This document shows, piece after piece, positions 44,386 to 57,107 of a DNA stretch of 58,358 bases. The stretch is from assembly GCA_048772705.1 (NCBI GenBank), contig JBLWGC010000007.1, positions 1 through 58,358 on the forward strand. Reading direction: 5' to 3'. This DNA comes from Leidyana gryllorum EB-2025a (lineage: Eukaryota > Protista > Apicomplexa). The notes beneath the pieces are model-generated. The model had not been told where the DNA came from. It searched no databases and was given only the letters and a program-made list of their open reading frames with translations. A program made the position numbers and the translations under genes. Numbering within the stretch: the first letter of the stretch is position 1; the number at the start of each line of letters is the position of its first letter.

Positions 44386-44772
44386 TCAAGCTGTTGCAGT
44401 GCTTCGAGTAACCGGTATCAAGGTATAATCCACGGTCAGAATTTGATCTGTGCTTGGTGATGGCCTGGGAGTAGAATCTTCAGGTTCCATGGGACGGCAA
44501 ATATCGCTATGGGTAGTGGTTACGCAGTCCAACAATGAACAAATGCCGTTAAACAAACAATTGTCAGGTTCCGGGTCGTAGGGACGGAGTTTGTAGTCCA
44601 AACAATAAGTCTCGCAAACTATAAGTTCGGTGGGCGGAATAGCTTCTATACCCATCCGACACTGGGCGACTGTACCCTCCAGAGTTCCACTGGGGCATAA
44701 AGGGCCAATACGGGACGTGGATCCTCCAACGGAAAGTACACTAATAGCAATAAAGGTGTAAGGGAATCTCAT
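44386..44772 (-). CDS. Small Cys-rich secreted hypothetical protein
   Basis: MRFPYTFIAISVLSVGG signal-like start; 8 Cys; S/T/P-rich tail. Confidence 0.6.
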   Translation of the reverse strand: MRFPYTFIAISVLSVGGSTSRIGPLCPSGTLEGTVAQCRMGIEAIPPTELIVCETYCLDYKLRPYDPEPDNCLFNGICSLLDCVTTTHSDICRPMEPEDSTPRPSPSTDQILTVDYTLIPVTRSTATA

Positions 44773-44913
44773 TTTCGAGGCACACGATGTGGTGTGATGA
44801 TAGAGCACCTTCCAAAGTGACTGTGTCTTTTTCACGATCAGACCTTTTGTCTAAAGTACAGTGTTCCCGTCTCCTCGCGGCTGCACACACGAATCTACAC
44901 ACACGTATCTAAG

Positions 44914-47900
44914 CTATCTATTCACTAAGTTGTGCAGTTCCATTTCCATTTGTCTAGTTCTAGCGCTTTCTTCTATAAAGCGAATGGCACGGGCAACGTC
45001 GGGGGTGACCATAATGTCCCCCGCCATGTCATCTATATGAATCTTCACTTCCCCTCCTCTTTCCAGTATTTGCTCATCCAAGGCTGTAGTTGTGGTATCA
45101 TCTGCGGAAAGCCGGCGACCTGGAGGAGACTGAGCACCGAATTCTTCTTTGAACATCTCGAGATCGTGGGCCAGCTCATTGCGAGTAGACTTGGCGAGAA
45201 CAACGTCCTCGACATCCTCGACTTGGGCGAGTATACTGTCGAACTCTGTGTCAGCTGCCTGGAGCTCGGCTTCAATGTTTGCCTCGCCTTCCTCCATTCC
45301 TCGCAACATCAGATCACTGGCAGCGGTGCGATCGTGCAGAACGCGGGTGGCATACAGGTCATCTGTGCTGTCCATCTGCAGGCGGAAGGGGTGAGTTCGA
45401 TCACTTCCAGAGAGTGTCAATACTTACGGTGAAAAGGAGGTTCCGAATATCATCGTCCGATTTGAGAAGACTGGCGTCGTATCGACTCTTATCCACCACC
45501 ATGTCATCGAGAAGTCTTTTCTGGAGCTGTTTTCGCCAAATGTTCTCCTCGATGGTGGCCTCATTGATGAAACGGTAAATGTGGACGTCACGAGTCTGAC
45601 CGAGTCTGTGACATCTGTCCATAGCCTGACGATCCATTGCGGGATTCCAATCAGTGTCGTAGAAGATAACGATGCTCGCGCTCGTCAAATTGATTCCGAC
45701 ACCGCCAGCCCGGGTACTCGCAATGAATGCGAGAATCCGGGTGTCGTTGTTGAATCTGTCAACAAGTTGTTGCCTGTGTTCTGGTCGGGTGGATCCACTG
45801 AGTCTGACGTATATGAGGCCATAATAAGCGAGATATTTCTCCAGGATGTCGAGCATTCGAGACATTTGGGTGAAGATGATGACTTTGAGGCCTTCCATCT
45901 TGGCCCTCAAAAGGATGGGGGTGAGGGCTAAGAGTTTGCCACTGTCATGTTCTATCATTGAGCTCGGGGGCAGAATGATTTCCGATCGGCACTTCCAGTC
46001 CCACTCCGCATTGGAGATCCTGTCGAACAAAATCTCCCGTCGGAGGCTTTCGTACTGCCCGAAGAAGGCTCGGAGTTTGTTATAGCCTCCCTGCCCCGTG
46101 AGAGTGGTTTTGGGGCCGAGAGGCATTACTTTGAACACTCGGAGCAGTTGGAGCAGTTGGGCAGCTCTCCGTATATGCGGGAAGACTTTGTCTGAGTGGT
46201 CAGGAAGGTACTTGCGGCATATTGAGGTCCAGTGGGTAGTCTGGTATATATCAGATTCGAAGTAACGGTTGGGGTTACGGCAATCGAAGGGTGCTTGAGA
46301 AGCAGTGAGATAGAGAGATGTCGGGTGGGTATTGGCAGATCCGAGTGGTCTGCGGGATACCTCGGAGCACATGACGTCATGGGTGTCTGAGTTGGCGACA
46401 GTGTGTCTCCGTCTCTCCCTGACTTCGGTGAGAACGAGATCGACGAGACGAGGGGATACCCATCGAGAGCTCTGACAGGTGTGCCACATTTGTCTGTGAT
46501 TGTTGGCGAGAACGACGGTCGATTGGCGTTGTTGGGCGGCAATATCTTCGGCTTCTCTGACTTGGCAGATCCATGGGTCGTTGAGGAGGAGAGAGTTGAA
46601 GAGATCCTCATGTTGCCATTTGGACTTGAGACGACGACGAGCGTTTATGTAAGTGTCTTCTCGTGTCTCCGGGTCGAGACTGGAGTAGAGCGCCTTGCGA
46701 CGTTGCAGAATGCGGTCGGGGGGAGTGATGCCGGTGAGAGTGACGGTGTCAAGAGAGGTGGCGATGGATAGCTGACGAGCAGTGCTCGCGGTGTCATTGT
46801 CTGGGGCGAGTGCAGAATTGACTCCGAGGTTGAATATGACCATAGCGGGTTCCGTGAGATGTGTGTTGAGATCTTCGACCGATCGATTGGTTCGGCAGTC
46901 TGACCAGAGATTGAGCCAATGAGGGAATTTGGCTTCGACTCGGATTGCATCGTCACAGACGGGAGCCATAACCTGCGTGTCCTCGACCAAGTCTGGATGG
47001 TTACAGACCTTCCGAAGCTGCATGAGGATATTCATTACGGCGAGTTGGTTGGTGTTGGCAGCACCACCACTCTGGCCATCGGTGGGCGTGGAGTCGTCGC
47101 CGAAGGTTTGGTCACTCAATGTGATATACTCGTCATATATATAGCGTTGGCGTTTAGTGAGTTTGCATTTGACGACGTGTTCGATCTTGCTGGGCATTTG
47201 ATTCTCGACGTCTTTCTTGAGTCGGCGAAGAATGAAGGGCTTTATGATTCGATAAAGTCCTTTGATTACACTAATGTTCTCCGGCAACGCCGACTTGCCG
47301 CCCTTGTCGATGGCCCCGAGTATTGGGTCGTTGAAGAGTATTTCCCATTCTTCATGTGAGCCAAATACTTCTGGCATTAAGAAGTAAAGGAGAGACCAAA
47401 GTTCCATCAAATTGTTCTGCAGCGGGGTACCGGTCAGAAGGAGGCGCTTTTCACTATTGAAAGTCAATAGCGTTTGCCACTTTTGACTTTGAGCGTTCTT
47501 CAAATTATGAGCTTCATCCAGAATCAGATAATACCATCCCAAACGCTTCAACATGAGTGCATCTTGCAGCGCTATTGTGTACGACGTGATGCACACATTG
47601 AACATAAAAGGTGTTTGCCACCCCACTCGTTTCTTCTCTCTCTCCTTCTTGGTGCCCATATATACTAAAGTCTTGAATCCGGGCAGGAACTTCCGAAATT
47701 CAGCCTCCCAATTCAACAAAACAGATGTTGGAACAATCACCAGGTGGGGACCCCAGATACCACGCTCACTCGCGAGATAACTCAGAATCGATATACTCTG
47801 AAGGGTCTTCCCCAAACCCATCTCGTCTGCCAATATTCCATTTATATCGCAATCGTGAAGGTTCAATAACCATTGGAAACCACTGACTTGATAGCGACGC

Positions 47901-49869
47901 AGATTCGCTCGCAATAAAGGACTGACTTGATACTTTGTTGCTGCTGAACTCGTTGTCGCCGTCATCTCCGGAGAAGAAGAAGAAGTCGCACACTTCCGTA
48001 TCGACTCTGTCTTGGCGGCTTTCCCAGACCCTCCGCGGCCAGAACTCTTCCTACGCTTCTTTGCAGCATTCAAACTCGCCTCACCTCCACCACGCTCCTC
48101 GGGACTGCCATCAGATGTACAGTATCTCCGCCGTCTCTTCCCTCTCCGGCGCTCGGGACCCTCCTTCGTGCTTCCCCAGGGCCGCTCTTCCGACTCCACA
48201 GGTCCATCTGCTTCTCCCTTTATCGACGGAGAATCCCCAGAGGAGTCTCGGAGCACCGCCTTCTCCACTTCAATGAACGTCTCTATGCCAAAGGAGGATG
48301 CACGACGCGGCCGATGACTACCGGGACACTCATCCTTGACCACTGGGGAGCAAATGTCGGGTTGTCGGGGCTCATTTTTCACCCCGGCCATCCCCGTCTC
48401 GGGCTGTCCGCTGTCGACCTCAGCAACGCCCACAGTCTCGCTGCTGGGAGAAGTGGCTGTCGTTTGTCCCAGAAGCGCGCGGCGGATGCGAGCGCGTCTC
48501 CGACTCTTCTTGGACCTTTGCTGCTGTTGGGTGTCGTCATCATCATCATCCGGGGGCTCTCGTTTACGTTTGTTGCGACTCTCAGCGGTCGCGGCGGATG
48601 CCCGCTTAGCCTTTTCTTCTTCCATCATCTTCTGTTCTTGCATTGTGATTCGTCGCAAGAGCTCTTCGATATCCATAGTGCTCTCCTCTTTCAACTGAGC
48701 GACTTCATCGACAAACTCATCTTCGTCGCTCGCCTCCCTTTCAGCTTTGTCCATCGCTTCTTCGAGTTCAACGTCCTCGTCTTCCTGCTGTGACCAGTCG
48801 CTGCTGTTCTGATACTCCTCGTCCTCGTCGTCACCCTCCTCTGGGCCTTGACTCCCATTTGGGTCATCGCCTGCCGTTAGAGCTTTGAGTAAGCGACGAT
48901 TCTCAGCCAATTTCTCGGCGAGTTTGGCAGCGTAGCGTTCGGCTCGGCGGACAAAAGCCATTTGTTTCTGTAATCGGTCAGCGGCCAGAATCTGACGGAG
49001 TTCTGAGCGATATCGTCTGAGCGCGATCGAGGAAGCCAACTTCCAGAACTGTTGGAATGTTGTGGCAACGAGCTTGGCTGTCTGCTGCCTTCGCTTCTGC
49101 AACGCCTTCTCCTCCTTCTCGGCCCGAGTAGAAACTACCTCTCTCCATTTGGCCGCCGAGGCAGCGACAAGGCGCACGGACTTTTGTTGAGCCTTCCGGT
49201 GGGCACTCATTTCGTCAACTGTGGCCATCGCGTCCACCACCAACTGGTCTGTGGCACATCCGTAGTTGTAAAAGTCCGTACTTCTGCTGGTGAGTGGCTG
49301 ATTGACGAGATCATCTGACAGACCTCCGACCGATAGTTGCGAAGTCTGGGACCTAAGGGCAGTAGAGTCAGTCGTTGGGGCAATGCACAGTTTCAAGCGA
49401 CGCACTTTAGTAGGATGGCCCGGCTTCCAGCGCCTTTAGCGGCTTTTCTACTGCTTTGTGTGGGTGTGGCGGCAGTGTTATTGAGTGTGTGTGCCGTGGC
49501 GGGCGTGGTGCCAACAGCTTTTTTAAGGTGTTTGACAGCATTTCGCACAACATTCAGACGATTATCCGGTTTGGGGAAACAGTGTTGATACACAACGCTG
49601 CACGGCGAATTGGGTGCCACCAACAATGCTTCTTGAAGATAGGTGACCACTCGGAAGAAGTTGCTGTCCGCTACCAGACTGTCGGAATAATGATAGTCTT
49701 TCAATACAGGGGGCGGTAGAGAATAATCTACCAGACAGTCATATGCGTCGAGTAACCAACTTGGACTCGCTCCTGCACCTTCTTGACTGAAACGTCGCGC
49801 CAACTCCACAACCCGTTCCACCAGACTTTCGTCATCCAATAAAGCCAGACGAACACTTCCACCACGCAT
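44914..49869 (-). CDS. SWR1: SWR1/SRCAP SNF2-family chromatin remodeller (multi-exon; 5' end uncertain)
   Basis: HSA-like helix, NGILADEMGLGKTLQ, LDEAH, LLLTGTPLQNNL, LRKVCNHPDL, long ATPase insertion, DSGKL, DWNPAMDRQAMDRCHRLGQ; intron ~45377-45427. Confidence 0.92.
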
Positions 49870-49910
49870 CCATTGACCGACTAATTGTTTGAAAAATAAA
49901 TCAATTTGAT

Positions 49911-51776
49911 ATGACGGGACGAGATGAGCCCCGGCCACGCCACCAAGTTTCTATGCATTTAGGCAAACGCCACCAACTCACTGCGAACTGGTTCTCTGAG
50001 AACCTACTGAAAACTGCACCTGAATGGCGCCTTATTGATGTGCTTTGGCCTGGCACGCATAATAGTGGCAGCTACAATATCGGCGGAGTCATTGGAAGAT
50101 GGGCCAAATGCCAATGTATTTCTATCAAGGACCAGCTTCAAATGGGCATCCGTTTCTTCGACCTAAGAATATGTGACGATGTCTACAAGAATGGGGGCAG
50201 TGCCAACAACTCTCCAGCCAACACGAACAACACCAATAGACAACACATAGTGACCACTCCCAAACTCACCAAGAACCCCTCCTCCACCCGCACTGGATAT
50301 AAACGTTCTACCACACGGGAATCAGCCGCCGCCCCCTCCACGGCAAATCCCCAACCCATATACATCAGTCATCGATATCCGTCTGTGAAGCTCGAAGCTG
50401 TTCTAAACGATATGTTCACCTTCCTACTCACACAGAAACAAGAGATCATATTGATCCGAATCGAACCTGATTATGATCGAAAACTATCTTCCTCGGGAAT
50501 TGATACACTCGATCAGATGCTCAGTGAAAGATTTGGACATCTCATGGTCGATCAAGAAATGGCACGCACTCTAACTATCTCCCAGCTCGTTGCTAGTAAC
50601 AAACGATTTGTACTCATGCCACGGAACCTCCCAATGCTCAACTGCTGCCCAAATCCATGCCGAATTCTTCCAAGCTGGTACGATACACGAGCCGATTCCT
50701 TCGCTAAGCTCTGTCTGGAAGTCAAATCATATATATCTTTCCGTCTCCCGCGAATCAAAGACGACGGCGTCTCCTTCGCCCAACTGGAACTCCTTGTCAC
50801 TCCCAACTCCAAAGTCATCATGAACAATCTACACTCGTCACTCAAGAGGATATCCGCCGCCGTCAAACCATATCTATATCAACCTGGAGGCTTCCTCACT
50901 CAGGTAAACCAGGCTGGCACCGGTCTTCCAGCTGAAGACCATACTCCTCCTCCACCGCAAGGAGGAGTCTTCGAGACGGCCATGAAGAGGATGGAAATGT
51001 CATCCCCCCCTGCGAAACCACCCTCTGTTGTTAATCTTTTCCGTCGCGTGAATTGCATCACCATCGATTTCGCCGACCTTGAGTTCGTCCAGGGAGTTGC
51101 TGCACTCAACCTGCAAAGGGCCTTGTGCGCTGCCAGCGCCGCCCCCAAAAGGACTGCTAAGAAGACGCTGACAACGACATCGCCGCCTGCAGTCACCAAG
51201 CTATGCTCACTGCCTCAACCAACAGTACGTGACATTGAACCCTCTTCCTGGATCAGTCCATCGGGTGTCCCACCCTCACAATTGAGCTATAAATCAAAAC
51301 AAGCAGCCACAACAGTACATGCACAGGTAACAACACCTCCTTTGCCCCCATTGGCACCAAGTCCGCTCATGGGGGCTTCCATAAAACAGCGTGGCATGCC
51401 CTCTCTGGACAAACGAACCACACGATCTCCGTCGCTGTCTGATCCGATTCGAGCTGGTGGTGGTGGTCCATTCATGCGAGCAAGAACCCTAGGTGGCCCC
51501 AAGGAGCAGCCTGGTTCGCCGTCAACTGAAACACCTGTTCGAGCCCGCATACCCAGGCACAATAGTCTGGACACGTCTTCCAAAACCATGGAGGACTATA
51601 GATGCGGTGGCCGAAGACAATCGTCATGTGCTGCCAAGCCTCCAGTCTTTCCTTTCTCTCCAGACGGATCTGAAGCGCGCTCATCCGGGAGCAGCTCGTC
51701 TTCAATCCAACGAATGTTCCGAAAGATTCATGGCGTCTTCCACCGCCGCCACTCGCCCAGTAAGAGGCCCGCCTGA
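49911..51776 (+). CDS. PI-PLC X-domain (PLCXD-type) protein with low-complexity C-terminal tail
   Basis: WPGTHNSG, CQCISIKDQLQMGIRFFDLRI, IYISH, EIILI; S/P-rich tail. Confidence 0.85.
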   Translation: MTGRDEPRPRHQVSMHLGKRHQLTANWFSENLLKTAPEWRLIDVLWPGTHNSGSYNIGGVIGRWAKCQCISIKDQLQMGIRFFDLRICDDVYKNGGSANNSPANTNNTNRQHIVTTPKLTKNPSSTRTGYKRSTTRESAAAPSTANPQPIYISHRYPSVKLEAVLNDMFTFLLTQKQEIILIRIEPDYDRKLSSSGIDTLDQMLSERFGHLMVDQEMARTLTISQLVASNKRFVLMPRNLPMLNCCPNPCRILPSWYDTRADSFAKLCLEVKSYISFRLPRIKDDGVSFAQLELLVTPNSKVIMNNLHSSLKRISAAVKPYLYQPGGFLTQVNQAGTGLPAEDHTPPPPQGGVFETAMKRMEMSSPPAKPPSVVNLFRRVNCITIDFADLEFVQGVAALNLQRALCAASAAPKRTAKKTLTTTSPPAVTKLCSLPQPTVRDIEPSSWISPSGVPPSQLSYKSKQAATTVHAQVTTPPLPPLAPSPLMGASIKQRGMPSLDKRTTRSPSLSDPIRAGGGGPFMRARTLGGPKEQPGSPSTETPVRARIPRHNSLDTSSKTMEDYRCGGRRQSSCAAKPPVFPFSPDGSEARSSGSSSSSIQRMFRKIHGVFHRRHSPSKRPA

Positions 51777-54700
51777 TGCATCGCCATCCATGTCCTCGGA
51801 CATTTTGAGCACGTCCAGGACACGTTCCAGTGCGACTCTGACGGGCTCACTGTCCAACGGATCGAATGCAGCCTCATTGGCAGAAGGTGGCTCGTGACCT
51901 CGCTGCTGCATAAAGCGGACTGGCTGATCGATAGCTTTTGCGTCTATAACTATATTCCCAGCGTCGGCGAAGAAATTGGTTCTTGGGAACTCTGAGGATT
52001 TCATGTCATAAAGCAGGAGTTTTTTCCTGTACCTGGAAGGTTTATTCCGGCTGCGTATGGAAAGGTGCGGTGGTACTCCCAGAAGTCGTCAACGGCTTTG
52101 TCCACCGCCTGGTTGATCGCATCTATCAGCGTGTCCAGTGCCACGCGACCAATCTTAACATCTATGCAACGATACGGGCAATTCAAGACAGTGCTGTGGC
52201 TCACGTTTCGAAGGAAGCATCCGCAGGAAGACCCGATGAAAATCATCATTATCTGCCTCCAAGCTGTCAGTGGCTATCTGCAGCACTTGGTGTCAGAGAC
52301 TAGCTGGGTTTGTGCGTGGCCTACCTGGGCTGATGCAGTTGTTAGCAGAAGAATGGTTGACCAGCACAACATCGAGCACACACGTGTGTACCTCCTAGAT
52401 AGTTAGGGCATCAATCCACGACTCGCTTCGTGGGATCTGGCGAAGGGTTATGGAAAGGCACACCGCGTGTAGAATGCCCAAGGAGCCGATGACCAGCCAC
52501 AAACTTGCAATTATCAGCTGATGAGGATCAATTTTGGGAGTTGGCCAGAGCTGTGGTGCCTTCTTACCATGGTTGGTCCAACGATCTGACACATAGAGTT
52601 TTCGACTCGTTCAACTAGTTCCCGAAGGAGAGTGCAATTATATATCTCCGAGACACCGAGAGCCGACCTCCACATACCTGAAGAGAGTGTGTTAGATGAG
52701 CGGTGATCGTCATCCATATTCATATGTGGGAACGGCTGAACACCTGAGATGAGCTCTGACTCACGGGTCAATGGATTGAATTCCCAGAAGCTCTGTGTAG
52801 TATGAACCCCGATAGCAGCGTTATCCTGTTCTAGTCCCCAGCGCAGAGTGTGATCAAACGACTCTTGAAAGTCTGGATTGCTGACCAAGATGGGTCGTCG
52901 ATACTTGACAGCAGGACTCTCTGGCGTCCGACCAGGTCGGTGTTCGACCTGCAGGGAAGGTTTAATCGGATGGAAATGGTTTGGGTTGGGATGAAGACAG
53001 ACAGAATGGGTTTGAAGGCACGAGGAGAGAGCTCGCTTACGGTGCCGAGGGAGTAGAATATATTGCACGATTGACCAATAGGACAGAGGTCAAAAAAGTC
53101 GCGTTCATGGCTTCTCAGGTAATTGACGCTCGCCCTTTCGAGGAGTTGCTCAACGAAGATGAGTTCCTTGGCGATGAGCTGATAGAGGGCGGAAGCGAAG
53201 TTCATTCTGATAGAAAGAGGCGCTCCTCCGATGCAGTTGAGGAGAGCGGAGGCGGTGGCGGTACGCCCGGTTCTCTGGAAGCGGGGCCAGTTGAGGGCGA
53301 AGTCATCTTCCGATGCGAAGATTGAAGTATCTGGGATGATGGAGAAGATGGCGGCCTCAATCCGATATGTATTGGAGCAATCGCGGTCGAATTTGGTGCA
53401 GAGCTTGGCCATCGCGTTGCAGCGTGCCGATTTGACAATCTCCCGCATCGCGTCTGCAGCTTCTTTGAGTGTATACAGTTTCCTTTCAGTTCGGTTGGTC
53501 CACGGCAGTCGATGATTGAATGAGGGAAAATCGACCTGTATCTTGCCTGCGAGGTCTTCGAGTTCGTTCATCACTTTGTTCTCCATGCGGCCGAGTTGAT
53601 CGAAGCTCATGGATTGTGAGATGCTGCCTGTGGCCCAAACAATACGTTCATCAGTGAGATACAAATAGGGTCTATCCAGTATAGATCCTGGAATTACAAT
53701 GTGCAAATGCGCTGAGTCGACAAGTTCCTCAATGACTTTCTCATCAATAGTGGGTGGAGGAACGCTTGAGAACAAAACTTCCCCCAAAACTGCAAACTCA
53801 GCATAAGTCGTATTCAAATCCTCGATTACAGCCTCAACCTGTCCGATTTCATCTGCCAGCCAGAGTGTGTGGTGCAACGGGCGTTCCAAAGGGCATTGCG
53901 TCCGACTCACCCGCAACACCTAAAGCTTTGTAAAAGTCACCATCAGCTTCTTTGATCAAACAGTGATCCACTATTTCCGGTGAGATGCTATCAGCACCTA
54001 ATTTGTATTTCCGGTATTGGGAATGATCTAACAAGTCAACCTTCACAATGCCGCAGGCGTCACTCAAAATTTGTATAAGTCCGTACACCACGGCTCCCGC
54101 CGCGAGGACTGCGTTCCACGTTGCGTGTCCGCTCACAAAAAGTACTCACCACATCCGGCCACAACGGCAGAATATAAATAGAGCGTGTACTTTATTCGTC
54201 GACGATGGCTCCGGCCTTCGTCCGGGGTCGCAGATAAGACAATGAAGATTGCCGCTGCAGAAAGCGATAGGATAGGAGACATTCTTTCCGCGAAGGAAGT
54301 GGAGCCTCACTGCTGACAACAACGAGGAGGGCTGCAACCGGAAATGCGAACATTGTTCCAGTCAGGGCGTCAGCACTAGTGGAGTTCTCGCCATATACCG
54401 CTGACACCAGGGAAGTGGTGCCGGAGAGCACATCCGATACAGCTGAATGCATTGTCGCCATTGACTTGTCCACAGCAACCCAAGTATTCAATGCTAAGCG
54501 CACCACTTGCATCAGCAGAGCTGTGACCGTTTCGGGAATGACAGAGTCAAGCAAATTGTCATCAATGAACCGTGTATGATAGCGATACACGTGGTCCCAA
54601 CTGAAACTTTCAATATCAGAGAGAACCAAATCCGCAATAATGTCGTGATTCAGTTGAAAGCCGTGAGTTTGATTACTTCCCGCAACAATGTATTGAGTCT

Positions 54701-55848
54701 CTTTTAACGAGTGCGCCGTAAAAAACACTGGAGCGTAGAGCGACCTGCCGAAAAAGACACAGATGTGCCTCGGCCACATTGACACCGTCTCACCTGAACG
54801 CCGCAGTCACAACGCTATACGGGTCAGCGCTTAAAAGACGCTCAACCAGATCTTCGATGATCAACAGTCCGGCTTCCACGATCGGGCCCACCTTCACCAG
54901 ACCCTGGAAGTTTGTGTATCCGCCGACCTCACTTTGGGCCAGGCTTGTGTCGTCAGCTCCAAGGTTTCGATTGGGATCGTCTTCTTCTTCCTCCAACCCT
55001 CCCGTACCGACGGCAGGAATGTCCGCTCCCCCGTTGATGCCACCAGTGGCTGGCAGACTCTCTGGTATCTGCACCATTTCGCCTGACATCCAGAAGGCCG
55101 GACGCTTCTCCTGAGCGCCAGATCTGGTGCCAAACTGGCCATACATAATTTCGTAGAGTGATCTCGTGCAGACACAGCGAGGCTGAAGGTATGTCTCCCT
55201 CCCGGAAATGCTTAGAGACATCGCAGCAGCCACTGTGATAATTAGGGTGGACACCACGATGATCCCAATCGCAAAGTCCCGCACTGTTCGACTTGCACGT
55301 GGTTTTCCCGCTTGGCCTCGATTTGCAGCACAGTGGCTGCGAAACTGCTCTTCGAGCGCGGCTCCGGGTTCGGGGCGGCTCCGCCGGCCCCACCCGAATC
55401 TCTTATGGCCCCAGTTGTATATAAACAGGCTCAGAACAGCACACACCCACGTCACTCCGAGGATCGCGATTAGAACGGGTAACCACACATCCATTAGCAC
55501 ATTCGATACGCTCGTACTGCCCGGTACCCCGTTCAGCATATTTCGAAAGAAGCTCGGCTGGCGCACCTTCAAACCCGCTCGGCTGAACGACTCCACGATT
55601 GATCGAAACTCAAACACCGCCTTCACATTCCGCAATGGACCCGTGTAACTTTCCGAGAACTGAGTAAAAGGGAGGCATAGAAGAGTGAGCCGACGTGACG
55701 AATGCTCTTTCCTCACCCTGTAGTTTGTCTGGTCAACTTCGCAAGCCCAGAATACATTATCTCGTAAGAGCGGCTCACACGCCGACAGGCCTAATGATGA
55801 GTTGAAGGAAGGGCAGGCTCGTGGATGGTCAAAAAAGGGGTTTGCCAT
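51702..55848 (-). CDS. Large multi-exon multi-pass membrane protein of unknown family
   Basis: Chain of minus-strand ORFs with TM segments (DVWLPVLIAILGVTWVC, FAIGIIVVSTLII, AVLAAGAVVYGLI, LIIASLWLVIGSLGIL) separated by short GT-AG introns; may be more than one gene. Confidence 0.55.
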
Positions 55849-55854
55849 ACTTAA

Positions 55855-57106
55855 ATGAATAGAGTAGTCGCTAACCAGCAAGCAAACCTAGCAGGTTTGC
55901 AACGGTTACTCCCACAACTCGCACCCTATTCGCCCACTGAACATGCTGATGTGAGTAATTTGAAGCCTCTGCAAGCCACATATCTATCTGCCAGGCATGT
56001 GTCACTTTCCTAACCTCCCTCGGAGCTCCAGATTCCCCGCCCCGATCGAGACCTCGTCAGCCCAAACAGGTCGTTATTGACATCCAGGACGAAGCAGGCA
56101 GCAGTTCACTCTCGAGCCGACCACAACGATGGTGGAAACGGCTCAGAAGGCGGGCTGCCGGCACTCGCCCTCACTCCCATATCCCCCCCGCCCTCCGCTT
56201 ATCTCCTGATCACGGCGACTCCACTCTTCGCCGGGAGGGAGTGAGCTATGCACCTCTGCTAGAACTGCCCCCGCCCTCCTACAACCCCTACGACTTTGAT
56301 CCCATCTCACTTCTCGCGGCACAACCGCAGTCTCCACCACAGGTCGATGAGTTTGGGAACAGCCTGCCGCACAAAGACGAGCTGTCGTCCCAATCTAAGC
56401 TGTCGAGGGCGGCACTTAACAGTGATTTCCAGCGACGGCACCCCACCATTGATCAATCTTTCAGCTTAACAAAATTGCGAACTCTCAAGATGAAAGCTTT
56501 CAATCTCGTAGACGAATATCCAGAGATTCTGGATGTTACAACTCTCGCTTGTGCGTGGGTATACTTCGAACGGTAAGAAGGGACTCTCTTTTTCACTGTC
56601 TCATTCATTGAGCGTTGGAACACCACGGATCTGTGTGTCACGTTTGCGCGCGAATGATTGTGCCACGTTTGCACGCGGATGTGTGTGTCACGTTTGCGCG
56701 CGAATGATTGTGTCACCTTTGCACTGCTGCAGACTCGTGCACCGTGGTGTGGTCACAAAGGGGAATCGGTATATGATTCTTGCCACTTGTGTGGTGTTGG
56801 CATTTAAATTCAATCAAGATGTGAGAGGGAAAGAGCCGTTGGAGCAGCTGTTGGAAACGGTTCTTTGCGAAGGGCTGAACGGAAGAGTGGTACGGGCACA
56901 GATTCTTCGGGCAGAATTGGAGACATTTGCTCATTTGGAGTTCAGTTTGGAGGTAGGTACTCTGGATCATCTACAAAAATTACACAGACAACCAGGTGAC
57001 CGAGGGCGCTATTGGTCCTCATATAAATCACTACAATCACGCAAGTAAAGCAGCGCCCCTGACACCCCCGCGAGCATCACCTCGCCATGTCGCCAAACAA
57101 ACATAA
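55855..57106 (+). CDS. CABLES-like cyclin-fold protein (multi-exon)
   Basis: LNSDFQRRHP..FSLTKLRTLK, TLACAWVYFERL, TKGNR..LATCVVLAFKF, LEFSL; last exon 56996-57106; start uncertain. Confidence 0.8.
56626..56716. repeat. Intronic minisatellite (~24-25-bp units)
   Basis: tgtgtcacgtttgcgcgcgaatgat / tgtgccacgtttgcacgcggatgtg, repeated about 3.5 times. Confidence 0.85.
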
Positions 57107-57107
57107 G

